Of a stretch of 64,000 nt of DNA, positions 28,823-39,604 are shown in pieces; positions within the stretch are counted from its first letter, which is position 1, and the number at the start of each line of letters is the position of its first letter. Origin of the DNA: a bacterium (GTDB taxonomy: Bacteria > Zhuqueibacterota > Zhuqueibacteria > Oceanimicrobiales > Oceanimicrobiaceae). The DNA lies in NCBI GenBank assembly GCA_046757525.1, contig JBHHYI010000002.1, forward strand, positions 19,314 to 83,313, in the 5' to 3' direction. The translations under genes and the position numbers were made by a program. Below the pieces are notes generated by a model. The model did not search any database. It was not told where the DNA came from and saw nothing but the letters and a program-made list of their open reading frames with translations.

Positions 28823-30913
28823 TTATTTCAGTACTTCTTTGACATCGCCGCGCGCAAATATGCTGGCAACATAGTTCAACACATCTGTGGCACAAATGTC
28901 GCAATAACCATAATACTTGATCATGCGCGACTTGACCACGTCGATCTTTTCTTGCGTTTCCTTGTCAACCACACTGGAAATCAGTGTGGTCAGCTTAATG
29001 GAATCCTTTTGGTCTTCGAACAGTTTGAGCTCCAGCGCCTTCTGCAAGCGTTCGTTGGACCGATAGTCGAAAGACCTGCCTTCCAAGGCCAGGGCACCGA
29101 TGTAATTCATGATCTCTCGGCGGAAATCGTCTTTTCGGCTTTCCGGGATGTCGATTTTTTCTTCGATGGAACGCATGAGTCTCTCGTCCGGTTCTTCGTC
29201 TGCACCGGTGTACTTGTTTCTGACTTTCTCCTTTTGGGTGTAAGCCTTAACGTGATCGATGTAGTTGCCGCAAAGCCGCTTCAGCGCTTCCTCATCTGCG
29301 GCGATCGCTCTCTGAACCTCGGACTTGACGATATCCTCAAATTCCTCTTTAACAACAGAAAGCAATTCCCTGAATCTCTTTCTCTGTTCCTCGCTCGTTA
29401 TCAAAGAATGATGATAGAGGCCCTCTTCCAACTCATTCAAAACCATGAACGGATTGACACAGGCCCCACCTTCATCGCTTACCAGAGCATTGGATATCTT
29501 GTCCTGAATATATCTCGGAGAAATACCCTCCATGCCTTCACGCGCAGCCTCAAACCGCAGCTCCTTGATGTTATCTTCGGTAAATCCGGGGAGAGTTTTG
29601 CCGTCATAAAGCTTGAGTTTTTGCAACAAAGTAAGCTGAGCTTTCTTGGGTCCTTCCAATCGGGTCAAAACAGCCCAAATTGAGGCCATTTCGATGGTAT
29701 GAGGTGCAATGTGCTTACCCTTGATGCGATCCATGTTATAATCCTTTTCGTAAATCTTCACCTCATCAGAAATCTTGGTAATATACGGTATGTCAATTTT
29801 CACCGTTCGATCCCGCAAAGCTTCCATGAATTCATTGGATTGCAGCTTCCTATATTCCGGCTCATTGGTATGCCCAATGATAACCTCGTCGATATCTGTT
29901 TGCGCAAATTTTTTCGGTTTTATCTTGTGCTCTTGAGAAGCACCCAACAAATCATAAAGGAAGGCCACGTCCAATTTTAACACCTCGATGAATTCCACCA
30001 GGCCCCGATTGGCTATGTTCAATTCGCCATCAAAATTAAACGCACGCGGATCAGAGTCCGAACCATATTCGGCTATCTTTCTGTAGTTGATGTCGCCAGT
30101 CAGTTCCGTAGAATCCTGGTTCTTCTCGTCCTTTGGTTGGAACGTTCCAATTCCAATTCGGTCTTTCTCAGATAAGATCAATCTGCGCACCTGAACATCG
30201 GCTATAATTTTAGACCAATCGCCCTGGTACTGGTGACTTTTTTCCTGGAACGTTTGACGGCAAAAGGGACACAATTCACCTTCTATGGTAATCTGGGTCT
30301 CGTCCGGATTCCCCCGGTTAAGCTCATGCATCGCCTTCGTGCGAAATTCCTCAGGAATCAAATGCAGGGGTTCTTCGTGCATGGGACAATCGGAGTATTG
30401 GATACCATCCGGTGTTTCTAACTTCCAGGAATAGGTGTACAGCGCGCCTTCCTGCGTTTTCGAATACGCTTCAATGCCCTTTTTCAGCAATCGCACGATG
30501 GTACTCTTGGCGCTGCCTACCGGGCCATGCAAAAGAAACACGCGCTTTTCGGTACCATAACCCTTTGCCGCCGACTTGATCAAATTGACAATTTTCATGA
30601 TGGGCCGTTCTAAACCAAACACTGCGTCGCGGCCGTTGTCAATGGGATCGTCGAAGAAGTTGTATTTAATCAGCTTTTCCTTGTATTCCTGATATTCTTC
30701 AGTGCCATAGGAAAGAATCATGTCGTAGAGCCGTTGGAAAGCGGTGCGAGCCACTTTAGGATTCTTGCGAACGATTTCCAGATATTGCGGAAACGTGCCA
30801 ACCCAATTCAACTCCTTGTATTTGTCAACGTCCTGCAGGCCCTGAATTAAAGAAATAATGCTCGATTCATTCGATGACTTGTCTGCTTTTTTTATGTTGT
30901 CCGTGGTGTCCAT
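28823..30913 (-). CDS. prkA: PrkA/YeaG AAA+ protein kinase; start likely ATG 30913
   Basis: [62 protein letters not shown]. Confidence 0.95.
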   Translation of the reverse strand: MDTTDNIKKADKSSNESSIISLIQGLQDVDKYKELNWVGTFPQYLEIVRKNPKVARTAFQRLYDMILSYGTEEYQEYKEKLIKYNFFDDPIDNGRDAVFGLERPIMKIVNLIKSAAKGYGTEKRVFLLHGPVGSAKSTIVRLLKKGIEAYSKTQEGALYTYSWKLETPDGIQYSDCPMHEEPLHLIPEEFRTKAMHELNRGNPDETQITIEGELCPFCRQTFQEKSHQYQGDWSKIIADVQVRRLILSEKDRIGIGTFQPKDEKNQDSTELTGDINYRKIAEYGSDSDPRAFNFDGELNIANRGLVEFIEVLKLDVAFLYDLLGASQEHKIKPKKFAQTDIDEVIIGHTNEPEYRKLQSNEFMEALRDRTVKIDIPYITKISDEVKIYEKDYNMDRIKGKHIAPHTIEMASIWAVLTRLEGPKKAQLTLLQKLKLYDGKTLPGFTEDNIKELRFEAAREGMEGISPRYIQDKISNALVSDEGGACVNPFMVLNELEEGLYHHSLITSEEQRKRFRELLSVVKEEFEDIVKSEVQRAIAADEEALKRLCGNYIDHVKAYTQKEKVRNKYTGADEEPDERLMRSIEEKIDIPESRKDDFRREIMNYIGALALEGRSFDYRSNERLQKALELKLFEDQKDSIKLTTLISSVVDKETQEKIDVVKSRMIKYYGYCDICATDVLNYVASIFARGDVKEVLK

Positions 30914-30988
30914 AACGATAAACCTCCAATAGAGTAGCAAAGGAAATTAGCAGCTTTACAAACCAATCAACTGCACTTAAGTGAATAT

Positions 30989-31003
30989 ACAAACACTATG
31001 CCA
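30989..31003 (-). promoter_or_regulatory. Candidate sigma-54 promoter of the prkA operon
   Basis: TGGCATAGTGTTTGT on the minus strand. Confidence 0.6.
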
Positions 31004-31224
31004 GACTTATTTCCTATTGCCTTGCATCTGAATTTGGGTCAATGGACCAATTATTGTGAATAAAAACTCTTCTTGCGAATACGATGTTACACATTGAGAC
31101 AATCTGCTCAATACAAAAAAAGTCGAAAATAATCCATTTCGACTGTAGTTGATTCAAAGAACAAAAATTGTGTTTGTCTAAATAATCTTAATTAACCCAA
31201 ATGTTCTGGCATGACACTTTCTTA

Positions 31225-31253
31225 ATTTTAAATATAACTTGCTTAAAAGTCAA
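31225..31253 (-). promoter_or_regulatory. Candidate distal sigma-70 promoter facing prkA
   Basis: TTGACT-N17-TAAAAT on the minus strand. Confidence 0.5.
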
Positions 31254-31399
31254 GCACATTTTGGTTAACGGGTCAAAATTTCTCATCCCCATATATTTGA
31301 TTATCGAACGCTGCTCCCATTTTTATTAATCACTAACTGTAATAATTTACTAATTATTTCAGATCTGGTTCCTCGGGCCATCCCCCTTTTAGTTTTCTG

Positions 31400-31428
31400 T
31401 TGACAATATGGTTGAGTTTTTGTAAACT
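31400..31428 (+). promoter_or_regulatory. Sigma-70 promoter of comM
   Basis: TTGACA-N17-TAAACT. Confidence 0.65.
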
Positions 31429-31503
31429 TAAATGTCTTCAAATCAACCATCCGTGATCGTCATCAATGCTGAAAATTTCCACAAACGTACGAAGCATAAG
31501 GAT

Positions 31504-33045
31504 ATGTTTGCAAAAGTCTTAAGTGCTGCCGTTTTGGGAATCGATGCCTACATCGTTGAAGTGGAAGCTCATCTCGAAGGGCAGTTACCGACTTTTGCCA
31601 CGGTAGGCTTGCCGGAAGGCGCGGTCCGGGAATCCAAGGAAAGAGTCAACGCGGCCATCAAAAACTCTGGTTTCAAATTTCCCCAAAAAAGAGTCACCAT
31701 CAATTTAGCGCCGGCCGACATAAAAAAAGAGGGTTCGGCTTTTGATCTCCCGATGGCCATTGGGATCCTGGCGGCCATGGGCCAGGTTTCAGAGGACCTG
31801 CTCCAGGACTATATCCTCCTGGGCGAACTTTCTCTCGACGGTAGCTTGCGGCCCATCCGCGGAACCCTTCCAATTGCCATGGCGGTCAAAAGCGCTGGAA
31901 AATCCGGCATCATCGTTCCACGGGAAAATGCCAAGGAAGCGGCTATCTCGGAAAACATTCAGGTCTTTCCAATGTCGCATCTGAATGAAACCGTGGAATT
32001 CTTGAATAATTCCGGGCAGAGGCAGCCGTTTGAAATCAACATCCAGGAAGTCTTCTCCCAAAGTCGGAATTACAATATTGATTTCAGGGATGTCAAGGGT
32101 CAAGAACACGTGAAACGGGCTTTGGAAGTGGCGGCCGCCGGCGGCCACAACATCATCATGATTGGGCCGCCCGGTTCAGGAAAGACCATGTTAGCCAAAA
32201 GGTTCCCCACCATATTGCCCGATTTAACTCTGGACGAAGCGTTGGAAACGACCAAGATTCACTCGGTGGTTGGACTGTTACCAGCCGACACCGCCCTGAT
32301 CGCCACGCGACCTTTTCGCGCGCCGCATCATACCATTAGTGACGCTGGTTTGATTGGCGGCGGTCACATCCCGCGTCCGGGTGAAGTCAGTCTGGCTAAC
32401 CACGGCGTGTTATTTCTGGACGAACTGCCAGAATTCAAAAAGAATGTGCTTGAAGTTCTCAGGCAACCCATCGAGGACGGCAAGGTTACCATTTCCAGAG
32501 CCATGCTTTCTCTCACCTACCCCGCAGAATTCATGCTGGCCGCGGCCATGAATCCCTGTCCGTGCGGCTATTACACCGATCCCAACAATGAATGCACCTG
32601 CACGCCGCCACAAATTCAGAAATATCTCTCCAAAGTGTCCGGGCCACTGTTGGATCGCATTGACATCCACATCGAAGTTCCGGCCGTCCGGTTCAAAGAG
32701 CTTGCCAGCGAATCCACCGGTGAAACCTCTGAATGCATTCGCCGCCGCGTGGACAAAGCCAGAAGCATTCAATGCAACCGCTTCAAGGATTATAAGCACT
32801 TGTTTTCCAATGCCCGCATGGAAGCTAAAGAGATTCGCAGATTCTGCCAAATCGATTCAAAAGGTCGGGAATTGCTCAACATGGCCATCACCAAATTAGG
32901 CCTCTCAGCCCGGGCTTACGATAGAATTCTGAAGGTGTCACGGACCATAGCCGACCTGGAAGGTTCTGAAAAAATAGAACCAGCCTTCATTAGCGAAGCG
33001 ATTCAGTACCGAAGCTTAGATAGGAATTTAGGGGCGGGTTATTAG
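31504..33045 (+). CDS. comM: ComM/YifB Mg-chelatase-like AAA+ ATPase; start likely ATG 31504
   Basis: [72 protein letters not shown]. Confidence 0.95.
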   Translation: MFAKVLSAAVLGIDAYIVEVEAHLEGQLPTFATVGLPEGAVRESKERVNAAIKNSGFKFPQKRVTINLAPADIKKEGSAFDLPMAIGILAAMGQVSEDLLQDYILLGELSLDGSLRPIRGTLPIAMAVKSAGKSGIIVPRENAKEAAISENIQVFPMSHLNETVEFLNNSGQRQPFEINIQEVFSQSRNYNIDFRDVKGQEHVKRALEVAAAGGHNIIMIGPPGSGKTMLAKRFPTILPDLTLDEALETTKIHSVVGLLPADTALIATRPFRAPHHTISDAGLIGGGHIPRPGEVSLANHGVLFLDELPEFKKNVLEVLRQPIEDGKVTISRAMLSLTYPAEFMLAAAMNPCPCGYYTDPNNECTCTPPQIQKYLSKVSGPLLDRIDIHIEVPAVRFKELASESTGETSECIRRRVDKARSIQCNRFKDYKHLFSNARMEAKEIRRFCQIDSKGRELLNMAITKLGLSARAYDRILKVSRTIADLEGSEKIEPAFISEAIQYRSLDRNLGAGY

Positions 33046-33103
33046 AGACGGCGCCGTTCAAGTTCTGCAAAAAACGGCTTTCCGGCTACTTTCTCCATAA
33101 ACA

Positions 33104-33303
33104 AAAAATCCCTGCTCTTCAATGCAGCGATATCGAAAGAACTTCTTTCGACACGGTGGGCACCGCCTGTACGTTTTTTGCGTCCACTAACTTCAAAAAG
33201 TTGAAGTTGAGGCATGCAATACACGCCCAGAGCAAAGCTCCCATTTTAAAGGTATTAGCTCTTTGATTAAAAGGCCACACCGAAGTATGCAGGGATTTTC
33301 TCT
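33104..33303 (-). ncRNA. ssrS: 6S RNA
   Basis: Minus strand folds into a ~195-nt rod: AAAAUCCCUGC/GCAGGGAUUUU, CUUCGGUGUGGC/GCUGCAUUGAAG (G-U pairs only on this strand), AAAGAGCU/AGUUCUUU, central bubble, UGGG/CCCA, apical AACUUCAA/UUGAAGUU; 6S-like GGGAGC and CCCACC motifs; own promoter. Confidence 0.85.
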
Positions 33304-33309
33304 GATGAT

Positions 33310-33338
33310 ATTTTAGTAAAATTCCCTCTAAATGTCAA
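33310..33338 (-). promoter_or_regulatory. Sigma-70 promoter of the 6S RNA
   Basis: TTGACA-N17-TAAAAT on the minus strand, ending ~7 nt before the RNA 5' end. Confidence 0.8.
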
Positions 33339-33518
33339 GCACTAATTGCGGCCATCCGTTATTTTTTTGATTCCTCTGTCCACAAGTCATTGATTGCACA
33401 GAAATTACCTACTTTTGACAAAATATCCCACGCAACTATCCGACTGAAAAAAGAGTTGCTTTTATTTTTGTAATTCTTTAAGTTAATTTAAGGTCAACAA
33501 CTATTATAAAACAACATT

Positions 33519-34727
33519 ATGGCAACAAACAGCTCGATGGACGCCCCGTTAAAAGCAGTCTCAACGGCCATTCTCTTGTTCCTCTTGTGTGCGATGAAGC
33601 CTTACTCCTACGCCGAGAAAAACCGTCGACCACGCGCACGGGACATCGGCATAGAGGTCGGCATTCTGAAGCCCGGCAAGTGGAACACAATAACCGACGT
33701 TGCCGGCGTCAAAGTCGGCCAGGTGACTTTGGTGAAAGGGGACGCCGTCCGCACCGGTGTTACGGCAATAATACCGCGCCAGGGCAACTTGTTCCGAAAC
33801 AAGGTGCCAGCCGCTATTTTTGTGGGAAACGGTTTCGGCAAGTTGGCTGGCTTCACACAAGTCAACGAATTAGGTAACATAGAAACGCCGATTTTGTTGA
33901 CCAATACCCTGAATGTGCCAAAAGTCGCCGATGCCGTCATCGACTATATGCTCAAGATCCAAGGCAATGAGAATGTCCGCTCGGTCAACCCGGTCGTGGG
34001 GGAAACCAACGACGGCTGGTTAAACGATATCCGAGGGAGACATGTGTCCAGAGAAGACGTGTTCGAGGCCATCGAGAACGCCAAATCGGGAGCCGTAGAA
34101 GAAGGCTCTGTGGGCGCCGGAACCGGTACCATGTGTTTGGGCTTCAAGGGCGGAATTGGCACTTCTTCGAGAGTCCTGCCGGGCGAATTCGGCGGATTCA
34201 CCATCGGTGTGCTGGTACAAACCAATTTTGGCGGCATTTTGGAGATCAACGGAGCGCCGGTCGGTCGCGAACTCGGCAACTACTATCTGGCCAGGAAGAT
34301 GGACTCCAGACCAGGCGACGGCTCCTGCATGATCGTGGTCGCGACTGACGCCCCGCTCGGTTCGAGAAATCTAAAACGTTTGGCAAAACGAAGCTATCTT
34401 GGACTGGCCAGGACCGGCTTCTTTTCTGCCAACGGCAGCGGTGATTATGTGATTGCGTTTTCAACCAATCAAATCGAACAGCAAGAGAATGCTCAAACGA
34501 AACAAGTGGAATTGCTCCGCAATGAGCACCTATCGCCGCTGTTCCTGGCCGTTGTCGAAGCCACTCAGGAGGCCGTCTACAATTCGCTCCTGCGCGCCAC
34601 AACCGTTCGCGGCAGAGAAGGCCATGTGGGTACGGCCATACCCATTGACCGGGTGGTGGAAATCTGCAAGAAGTACAATGTGCTGAATTGGCATGCGTCC
34701 TTGCCACCTTACGGAACAACGAACTGA
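33519..34727 (+). CDS. DmpA-like P1 family aminopeptidase
   Basis: ITDVAGVKVG, NGFGK, PVVGETNDG, EGSVGAGTG, QTNFGG, DGSCMIVVATDAPL autocleavage site, NGSGD. Confidence 0.92.
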   Translation: MATNSSMDAPLKAVSTAILLFLLCAMKPYSYAEKNRRPRARDIGIEVGILKPGKWNTITDVAGVKVGQVTLVKGDAVRTGVTAIIPRQGNLFRNKVPAAIFVGNGFGKLAGFTQVNELGNIETPILLTNTLNVPKVADAVIDYMLKIQGNENVRSVNPVVGETNDGWLNDIRGRHVSREDVFEAIENAKSGAVEEGSVGAGTGTMCLGFKGGIGTSSRVLPGEFGGFTIGVLVQTNFGGILEINGAPVGRELGNYYLARKMDSRPGDGSCMIVVATDAPLGSRNLKRLAKRSYLGLARTGFFSANGSGDYVIAFSTNQIEQQENAQTKQVELLRNEHLSPLFLAVVEATQEAVYNSLLRATTVRGREGHVGTAIPIDRVVEICKKYNVLNWHASLPPYGTTN

Positions 34728-34729
34728 TC

Positions 34730-34954
34730 ATGACGAACTTTGACGGCATTGGCAAATTCTTGATCTATGCAGGATTGTTCCTTTTATTCCTGGGCGTCCT
34801 GTTAACTTTTGCCCGGCACATCCCTTTTTTAGGCAAACTGCCGGGAGACATTCTGATTCAGAAAAAGAACTTCACCTTGTATTTTCCCATAACGACCTCT
34901 ATTTTGATTAGCATCGTGCTGTCAATTTTGTTGTTTTTGTTGAGCAAGAAATAA
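34730..34954 (+). CDS. DUF2905 family small membrane protein
   Basis: LGKLPGDI..KKNFTLYFPITTSILIS. Confidence 0.88.
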   Translation: MTNFDGIGKFLIYAGLFLLFLGVLLTFARHIPFLGKLPGDILIQKKNFTLYFPITTSILISIVLSILLFLLSKK

Positions 34955-34960
34955 GACGCT

Positions 34961-36313
34961 TTGGAAATGCTTGCAATAACTAACAGACACATCGGCTGGA
35001 CCTGGGTTTCGCTTCTCATGGGGGTGACGGCAATCTCATGCGTTTCTACCAATGAGGCCCGGGCACAAAATACACTGGAAGGGACAGTGTATGTTCTGAC
35101 CGTGGATGGGGTGATAAACCCGGTTTCTGCCGAGTTCATTACCAAATCGATTGACAAAGCCACAGATACCGGTGCCATTTGTGTCATCATAAAACTGGAC
35201 ACACCAGGCGGACTCATGGAATCCACGCGTCAAATTACCAAGAAAATCCTGGCTTCAAGAATCCCTGTCGTCATTTACGTTGCGCCATCTGGTGCCAGGG
35301 CGGCCTCTGCTGGAGTCTTTATTTCCTATTCAGCCAACCTGGTCGCAATGGCGCCGAGCACAAACATTGGAGCGGCGCACCCGGTAAGCATTACCGGCGG
35401 CGCAGACACTTCCTCGGTAATGAACGACAAAGTGACCAATGATGCCGTGGCCCAGATCAAAGCGTTGGCTGAGAAACGCGGCCGCAATATCGAGTGGGCG
35501 GAGAAGGCGGTGCGAGAAAGTGTTTCCATTACCGAATCGGAGGCGCTCGACCAGCATGTGATCAACTTCATCTCGCCTTCTGTGGACAGCCTGCTCAAAC
35601 AAATGGATGGTCTGGAAGTGCAAGTTGCCAGCGGTAAATACGTTCTGCATACCCGCAACGCTCGCAAAGAATTCCACGAAATGAACTTCCGGTACAGAAT
35701 CCTCGACAAGATCTCGAGTCCGAATGTTGCTTACATTCTGATGATGCTCGGCATTTGGGGGCTGTTCTTCGAGCTGTCCAATCCGGGCGCCATATTTCCG
35801 GGTGTGGTTGGCGCCATCTTTCTCATCTTGGGCTTTTACGCGCTGCAAACCCTTCCGGTCAATTATGCAGGCCTGCTTTTGGTCGTGCTCGCCTTAGTTC
35901 TGTTTATCCTGGAGGTCAAGATTACCAGCTACGGTCTTTTAACCATTGGAGGAGTCATTTCCATGCTCTTAGGGTCTCTCATGCTCATCGATCGTCCCCC
36001 AAAGGAATTTGGCCCCGCGTTTTCCATTTCCATTAGTCTGATTATTACGTTCGTGGTTCTCACAGCCACGTTTTTTCTCGTTGCTTTGAGCCTGGCGTTC
36101 AAAACCTATCGCACCAAGGTCACCACAGGCAAAGAGGGAATCATCGGTGAACAAGGGGTTGCGCAGACCAGAATTGCCCCGGAGGGAAACGTGTGCATTC
36201 ATGGGGAGATCTGGAAGGCCGTAAGCGACGGCGCCATCAAGAAGGGCGAAAAAGTGCGTGTTGTTGCGGTGAACGGGCTAAAGCTTACTGTGGAGAAAGT
36301 TACACGAAGTTAG
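34961..36313 (+). CDS. nfeD: Long-form NfeD membrane-bound serine protease
   Basis: LDTPGGL, ARAASAG, MAPSTNIGAAHPV, TM block, C-terminal OB fold GEIWKA. Confidence 0.93.
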   Translation: MEMLAITNRHIGWTWVSLLMGVTAISCVSTNEARAQNTLEGTVYVLTVDGVINPVSAEFITKSIDKATDTGAICVIIKLDTPGGLMESTRQITKKILASRIPVVIYVAPSGARAASAGVFISYSANLVAMAPSTNIGAAHPVSITGGADTSSVMNDKVTNDAVAQIKALAEKRGRNIEWAEKAVRESVSITESEALDQHVINFISPSVDSLLKQMDGLEVQVASGKYVLHTRNARKEFHEMNFRYRILDKISSPNVAYILMMLGIWGLFFELSNPGAIFPGVVGAIFLILGFYALQTLPVNYAGLLLVVLALVLFILEVKITSYGLLTIGGVISMLLGSLMLIDRPPKEFGPAFSISISLIITFVVLTATFFLVALSLAFKTYRTKVTTGKEGIIGEQGVAQTRIAPEGNVCIHGEIWKAVSDGAIKKGEKVRVVAVNGLKLTVEKVTRS

Positions 36314-36416
36314 TTCAGACTTCCATTATTGAGTGAAGGTTCTTAGCTAAGAGCAAGCGTTGTTGCAAACCATTCTTTGCTGAGAAGCGTCACAGACTAT
36401 TTAAGGAGGGAATCCC

Positions 36417-37160
36417 ATGCCATTTATGACAGTTGTAATTGCTTTCGTGGCCATGCTGTTGGCCAGCGCGATAAGAATTCTGCGCGAATACGAACGAGGA
36501 GTGGTTTTTCGCCTGGGGCGTCTGGTTGGGTCTAAGGGACCGGGCCTCATCCTCCTGATTCCACTTGTTGACCGCATGGTAAAAGTGGACCTGCGCACGG
36601 TCGCCATGGACATCCCACCCCAGGATGTCATCACCAGAGACAACGTTTCCGTCAAAGTCAATGCGGTGTTGTACTTCAGGGTCATGGACCCGTCCAAGGC
36701 CATTACCGAAGTGGAGGACTTCTTATTTGCAACCTCGCAACTGTCCCAGACGACCCTTAGAAGCGTTTTGGGCGGTGCGGAATTGGATGAAATGCTTGCG
36801 GAAAGAGAAAAAATCAACGCCAGTCTACAGGAAATCATCGACAGTCACAGCGACCCCTGGGGCATCAAGGTCTCCCTGGTGGAAATCAAGCATGTGGACT
36901 TACCCCAGGAAATGCAACGCGCTATTGCCAGACAGGCAGAAGCCGAACGAGAGCGCCGCGCGAAGATCATTCACGCCGAAGGGGAATTTCAAGCTTCGCA
37001 AAAATTGAGAGATGCTGCTGTAGTGATTAGCGAATATCCCCAGGCGCTGCAACTGCGTTTCTTGCAGACGCTCACCGAGGTGGCAGCCGAGAACAACTCA
37101 ACTCTGGTATTTCCGCTGCCCATCGATCTGTTCCGGCATTTTTTCAAAGCAGACGATTAA
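36417..37160 (+). CDS. SPFH/stomatin (slipin) protein
   Basis: [42 protein letters not shown]. Confidence 0.95.
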   Translation: MPFMTVVIAFVAMLLASAIRILREYERGVVFRLGRLVGSKGPGLILLIPLVDRMVKVDLRTVAMDIPPQDVITRDNVSVKVNAVLYFRVMDPSKAITEVEDFLFATSQLSQTTLRSVLGGAELDEMLAEREKINASLQEIIDSHSDPWGIKVSLVEIKHVDLPQEMQRAIARQAEAERERRAKIIHAEGEFQASQKLRDAAVVISEYPQALQLRFLQTLTEVAAENNSTLVFPLPIDLFRHFFKADD

Positions 37161-37199
37161 GCTCGCCTATCCAACAAAAAACGAACTGGGGAAACCTCT

Positions 37200-37811
37200 A
37201 TGAGATCACTATGGGGTGTTTTTCGTGGAAAATTAATAATCCCATTCTTGTTGTTTTGTGTCGTTACTGGTTGCGCCAGGAGTACCAGGAAAGATGTCCT
37301 GGTAACCAGTGAAGATTGGAGCAGTCATGCCGACTATGCCTTGTCCCTGTCGCAAGCCATCCTCAAGGGAATGCGGCAATTAGAAGAAGACCTGTTGATT
37401 TCAGAGTTAGGTTTCGAAGGTATCGACTTAACCATAAAATCCACGGACCATCTCATACTGCGGGCCAAAGTCACTGACTTCAAGCTGCAAGAACAGCCCC
37501 AGGAAAATATCTTCACCACGTGGAAGATTTATCTAATCTCGAACCACCTCATGGATTATGTCAATGCCGTGTCTTTTGATTCCGCCACCAATAATCATGC
37601 AGCCACCACTGGCGACTCCAAATCAGCAAACGCTGCCTACGACTCCCTGACAATCAACATCTATTCGCCGTCGTCCAGGCTGCACTTAGAAAATGGCCAC
37701 ACCCCTTCCGCCATTGAGGTCATCTATTGGCGTGATTTCTCGAAAAAGGACAGACTGGCGACTTTACGGATGCGCAAAAATGCCTATGATCGTTTCGTCA
37801 TTGATCGATAA
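37200..37811 (+). CDS. Hypothetical lipoprotein
   Basis: Lipobox VTGC after a hydrophobic stretch; operon position. Confidence 0.6.
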   Translation: MRSLWGVFRGKLIIPFLLFCVVTGCARSTRKDVLVTSEDWSSHADYALSLSQAILKGMRQLEEDLLISELGFEGIDLTIKSTDHLILRAKVTDFKLQEQPQENIFTTWKIYLISNHLMDYVNAVSFDSATNNHAATTGDSKSANAAYDSLTINIYSPSSRLHLENGHTPSAIEVIYWRDFSKKDRLATLRMRKNAYDRFVIDR

Positions 37812-37814
37812 ACC

Positions 37815-39050
37815 GTGCAGTTAAGAGATAAGCTCAGGCAGCTTGAAAAACTGCCTTACCCGAAACACACGGACACCCGGGAAACCAGGAGTCAGGATCG
37901 CTCAAATATCGGTGAAGTGGTCGAAGGTGAATTCCGACAGTCACACTTCGGAACCTACTTCGTAAGAGAAAAAACCTTTCCGCTGGAACATTGCCAGGGC
38001 ACGGTCCAATTGTCTTCTTTCTTGGACTACCCCTCCGGATTGTTCACTCTACTCGCGAAAAATATGCAGCTTGCCGACATCGACCCCAAACGAGCGCTTT
38101 TTATCGACACCGAAACTACCGGACTTTCTGGCGGCACCGGTACCCTGGCCTTTCTAATAGGCATAGGCTATTTTAGCACGGACGGCTTCCGACTCTTGCA
38201 GTTCTTTGTCCACGACTTGAACGCTGAAAAAGCTATCTTGCACCGAATCAATGAAATCGTAGCGGCTTGTGACTTGGCTGTCAGCTACAATGGCAAATGT
38301 TTCGACTTCCCCCTGCTCATTGCAAGAAACATCTTGTACCGCCTGTCCACACCTTTGACCAAGGTGCAACATCTCGATCTCCTATTCACGGTCAGAAGGC
38401 TGTGGCGGCACAGGCTGCCCGATTGCACTCTGAATACAGCACAAAAGCATCTCTTAAAAGCACCCCGAATCGGCGACGTGCTGGGATATGCCATTCCAGA
38501 GCTCTATTTCAGATATTTCAGGACTAAAGACGCACGGCCGCTGCAAGCGGTATTTTACCACAACGAACAGGACATTCTTACCCTCGCAGCCCTTGGAACG
38601 AAGGCCTGCCAATTGTTCGAATCGCCTCTGGAGGAAAGCCAGAACGGCCAGGACATCTTAGCTTTAGGGAAGGTGTATGAGAACCTCGCTCTGCACGAGC
38701 GCTCCATTGAATTGTACCGTCAGTATCTGAACACGCCCGGCAGGCTTGACCAGAGGCGGGATTTACTCCTGCGACTGGCTTTAAACCATAAAAAACTGAA
38801 TCAGTACCAGCAGGCGCAACATGCTTGGCAGACTTGCATCGATAGCGAACACTTTCATCCCCAGCCCTACATCGAGCTGGCCAAAATCTTTGAACATCAA
38901 GAAAAGGATTACAAGAAAGCCCTGTCCTACGTAGACAGGGCCTTGAAAGAGATGGCTTCGATCGAAGCGCTAAGGGAGCGCCAAAGCTGGGTAGACTACA
39001 AAAATGACTTGATTCACCGACGCCGACGACTCAAGCGCCAAACAGATTAA
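37815..39050 (+). CDS. YprB/MrfB-like DEDD exonuclease (RNase_H_2) with C-terminal TPRs
   Basis: FIDTETTGLSGGTG, SYNGKCFD, HLDLL, HNEQD; TPR-like helices with IELAKIFEH. Confidence 0.87.
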   Translation: MQLRDKLRQLEKLPYPKHTDTRETRSQDRSNIGEVVEGEFRQSHFGTYFVREKTFPLEHCQGTVQLSSFLDYPSGLFTLLAKNMQLADIDPKRALFIDTETTGLSGGTGTLAFLIGIGYFSTDGFRLLQFFVHDLNAEKAILHRINEIVAACDLAVSYNGKCFDFPLLIARNILYRLSTPLTKVQHLDLLFTVRRLWRHRLPDCTLNTAQKHLLKAPRIGDVLGYAIPELYFRYFRTKDARPLQAVFYHNEQDILTLAALGTKACQLFESPLEESQNGQDILALGKVYENLALHERSIELYRQYLNTPGRLDQRRDLLLRLALNHKKLNQYQQAQHAWQTCIDSEHFHPQPYIELAKIFEHQEKDYKKALSYVDRALKEMASIEALRERQSWVDYKNDLIHRRRRLKRQTD

Positions 39051-39592
39051 TCCTCGCGTCTAAAAATGTGGTAGCCCAACTTGCTTTGCACAATCTCGCT
39101 AATTTCACCGGGCTTTAACTTGAGTATGACGTTCTCAAATTCGGGCTGGAAATCACCTTTCTTAAAATACCCCAGGTCGCCACCTCTGGACGCAGCCGGA
39201 CCCACCGAGTACTTTTTGGCTAATGTGCCGAAATCAGCACCGGCTTTGAGTTGACGCAAGATATCCTCGGCTTTGGCACGATCCTTCACAATGATTTGCA
39301 AGGCTCTATACCCCTGGCCACTGAGGGCAAACCGGCTGTCGGTGACGGATTTCTTCCAAATCCAACCCTCCAGGCGCACCTTAACCCAGTCCGGGGTATC
39401 CTCCAGAACCACCATAGAAGTGCCTTTGTGCAGGCTGCCCAATTTGTCCCCGCCGGGTGCAGCTCTTAAGTTTTCAGTGGGCACTTTGACATAGAGAGTC
39501 CTGCCGCGAGGGTACTCAATGAAAGCATAAGCCAAGTACGTACTCAGGATCAAGGCCAAAACCGTCATGGCCAAAACCATTTTTTTCTTCAT
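39047..39592 (-). CDS. Exported SH3 plus parvulin-type peptidyl-prolyl isomerase
   Basis: NLRAAPGG..WVKV..EGWIW (SH3b); FGTLAKKYS, GGDLGYF, PEFE, GYHIF. Confidence 0.88.
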   Translation of the reverse strand: MKKKMVLAMTVLALILSTYLAYAFIEYPRGRTLYVKVPTENLRAAPGGDKLGSLHKGTSMVVLEDTPDWVKVRLEGWIWKKSVTDSRFALSGQGYRALQIIVKDRAKAEDILRQLKAGADFGTLAKKYSVGPAASRGGDLGYFKKGDFQPEFENVILKLKPGEISEIVQSKLGYHIFRRED

Positions 39593-39604
39593 TCCTCCAT
39601 CTCC

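Noticed and set aside
33042..33224. 60-aa minus-strand ORF
   Set aside because: Lies inside the predicted 6S RNA, has no RBS and no recognisable motif
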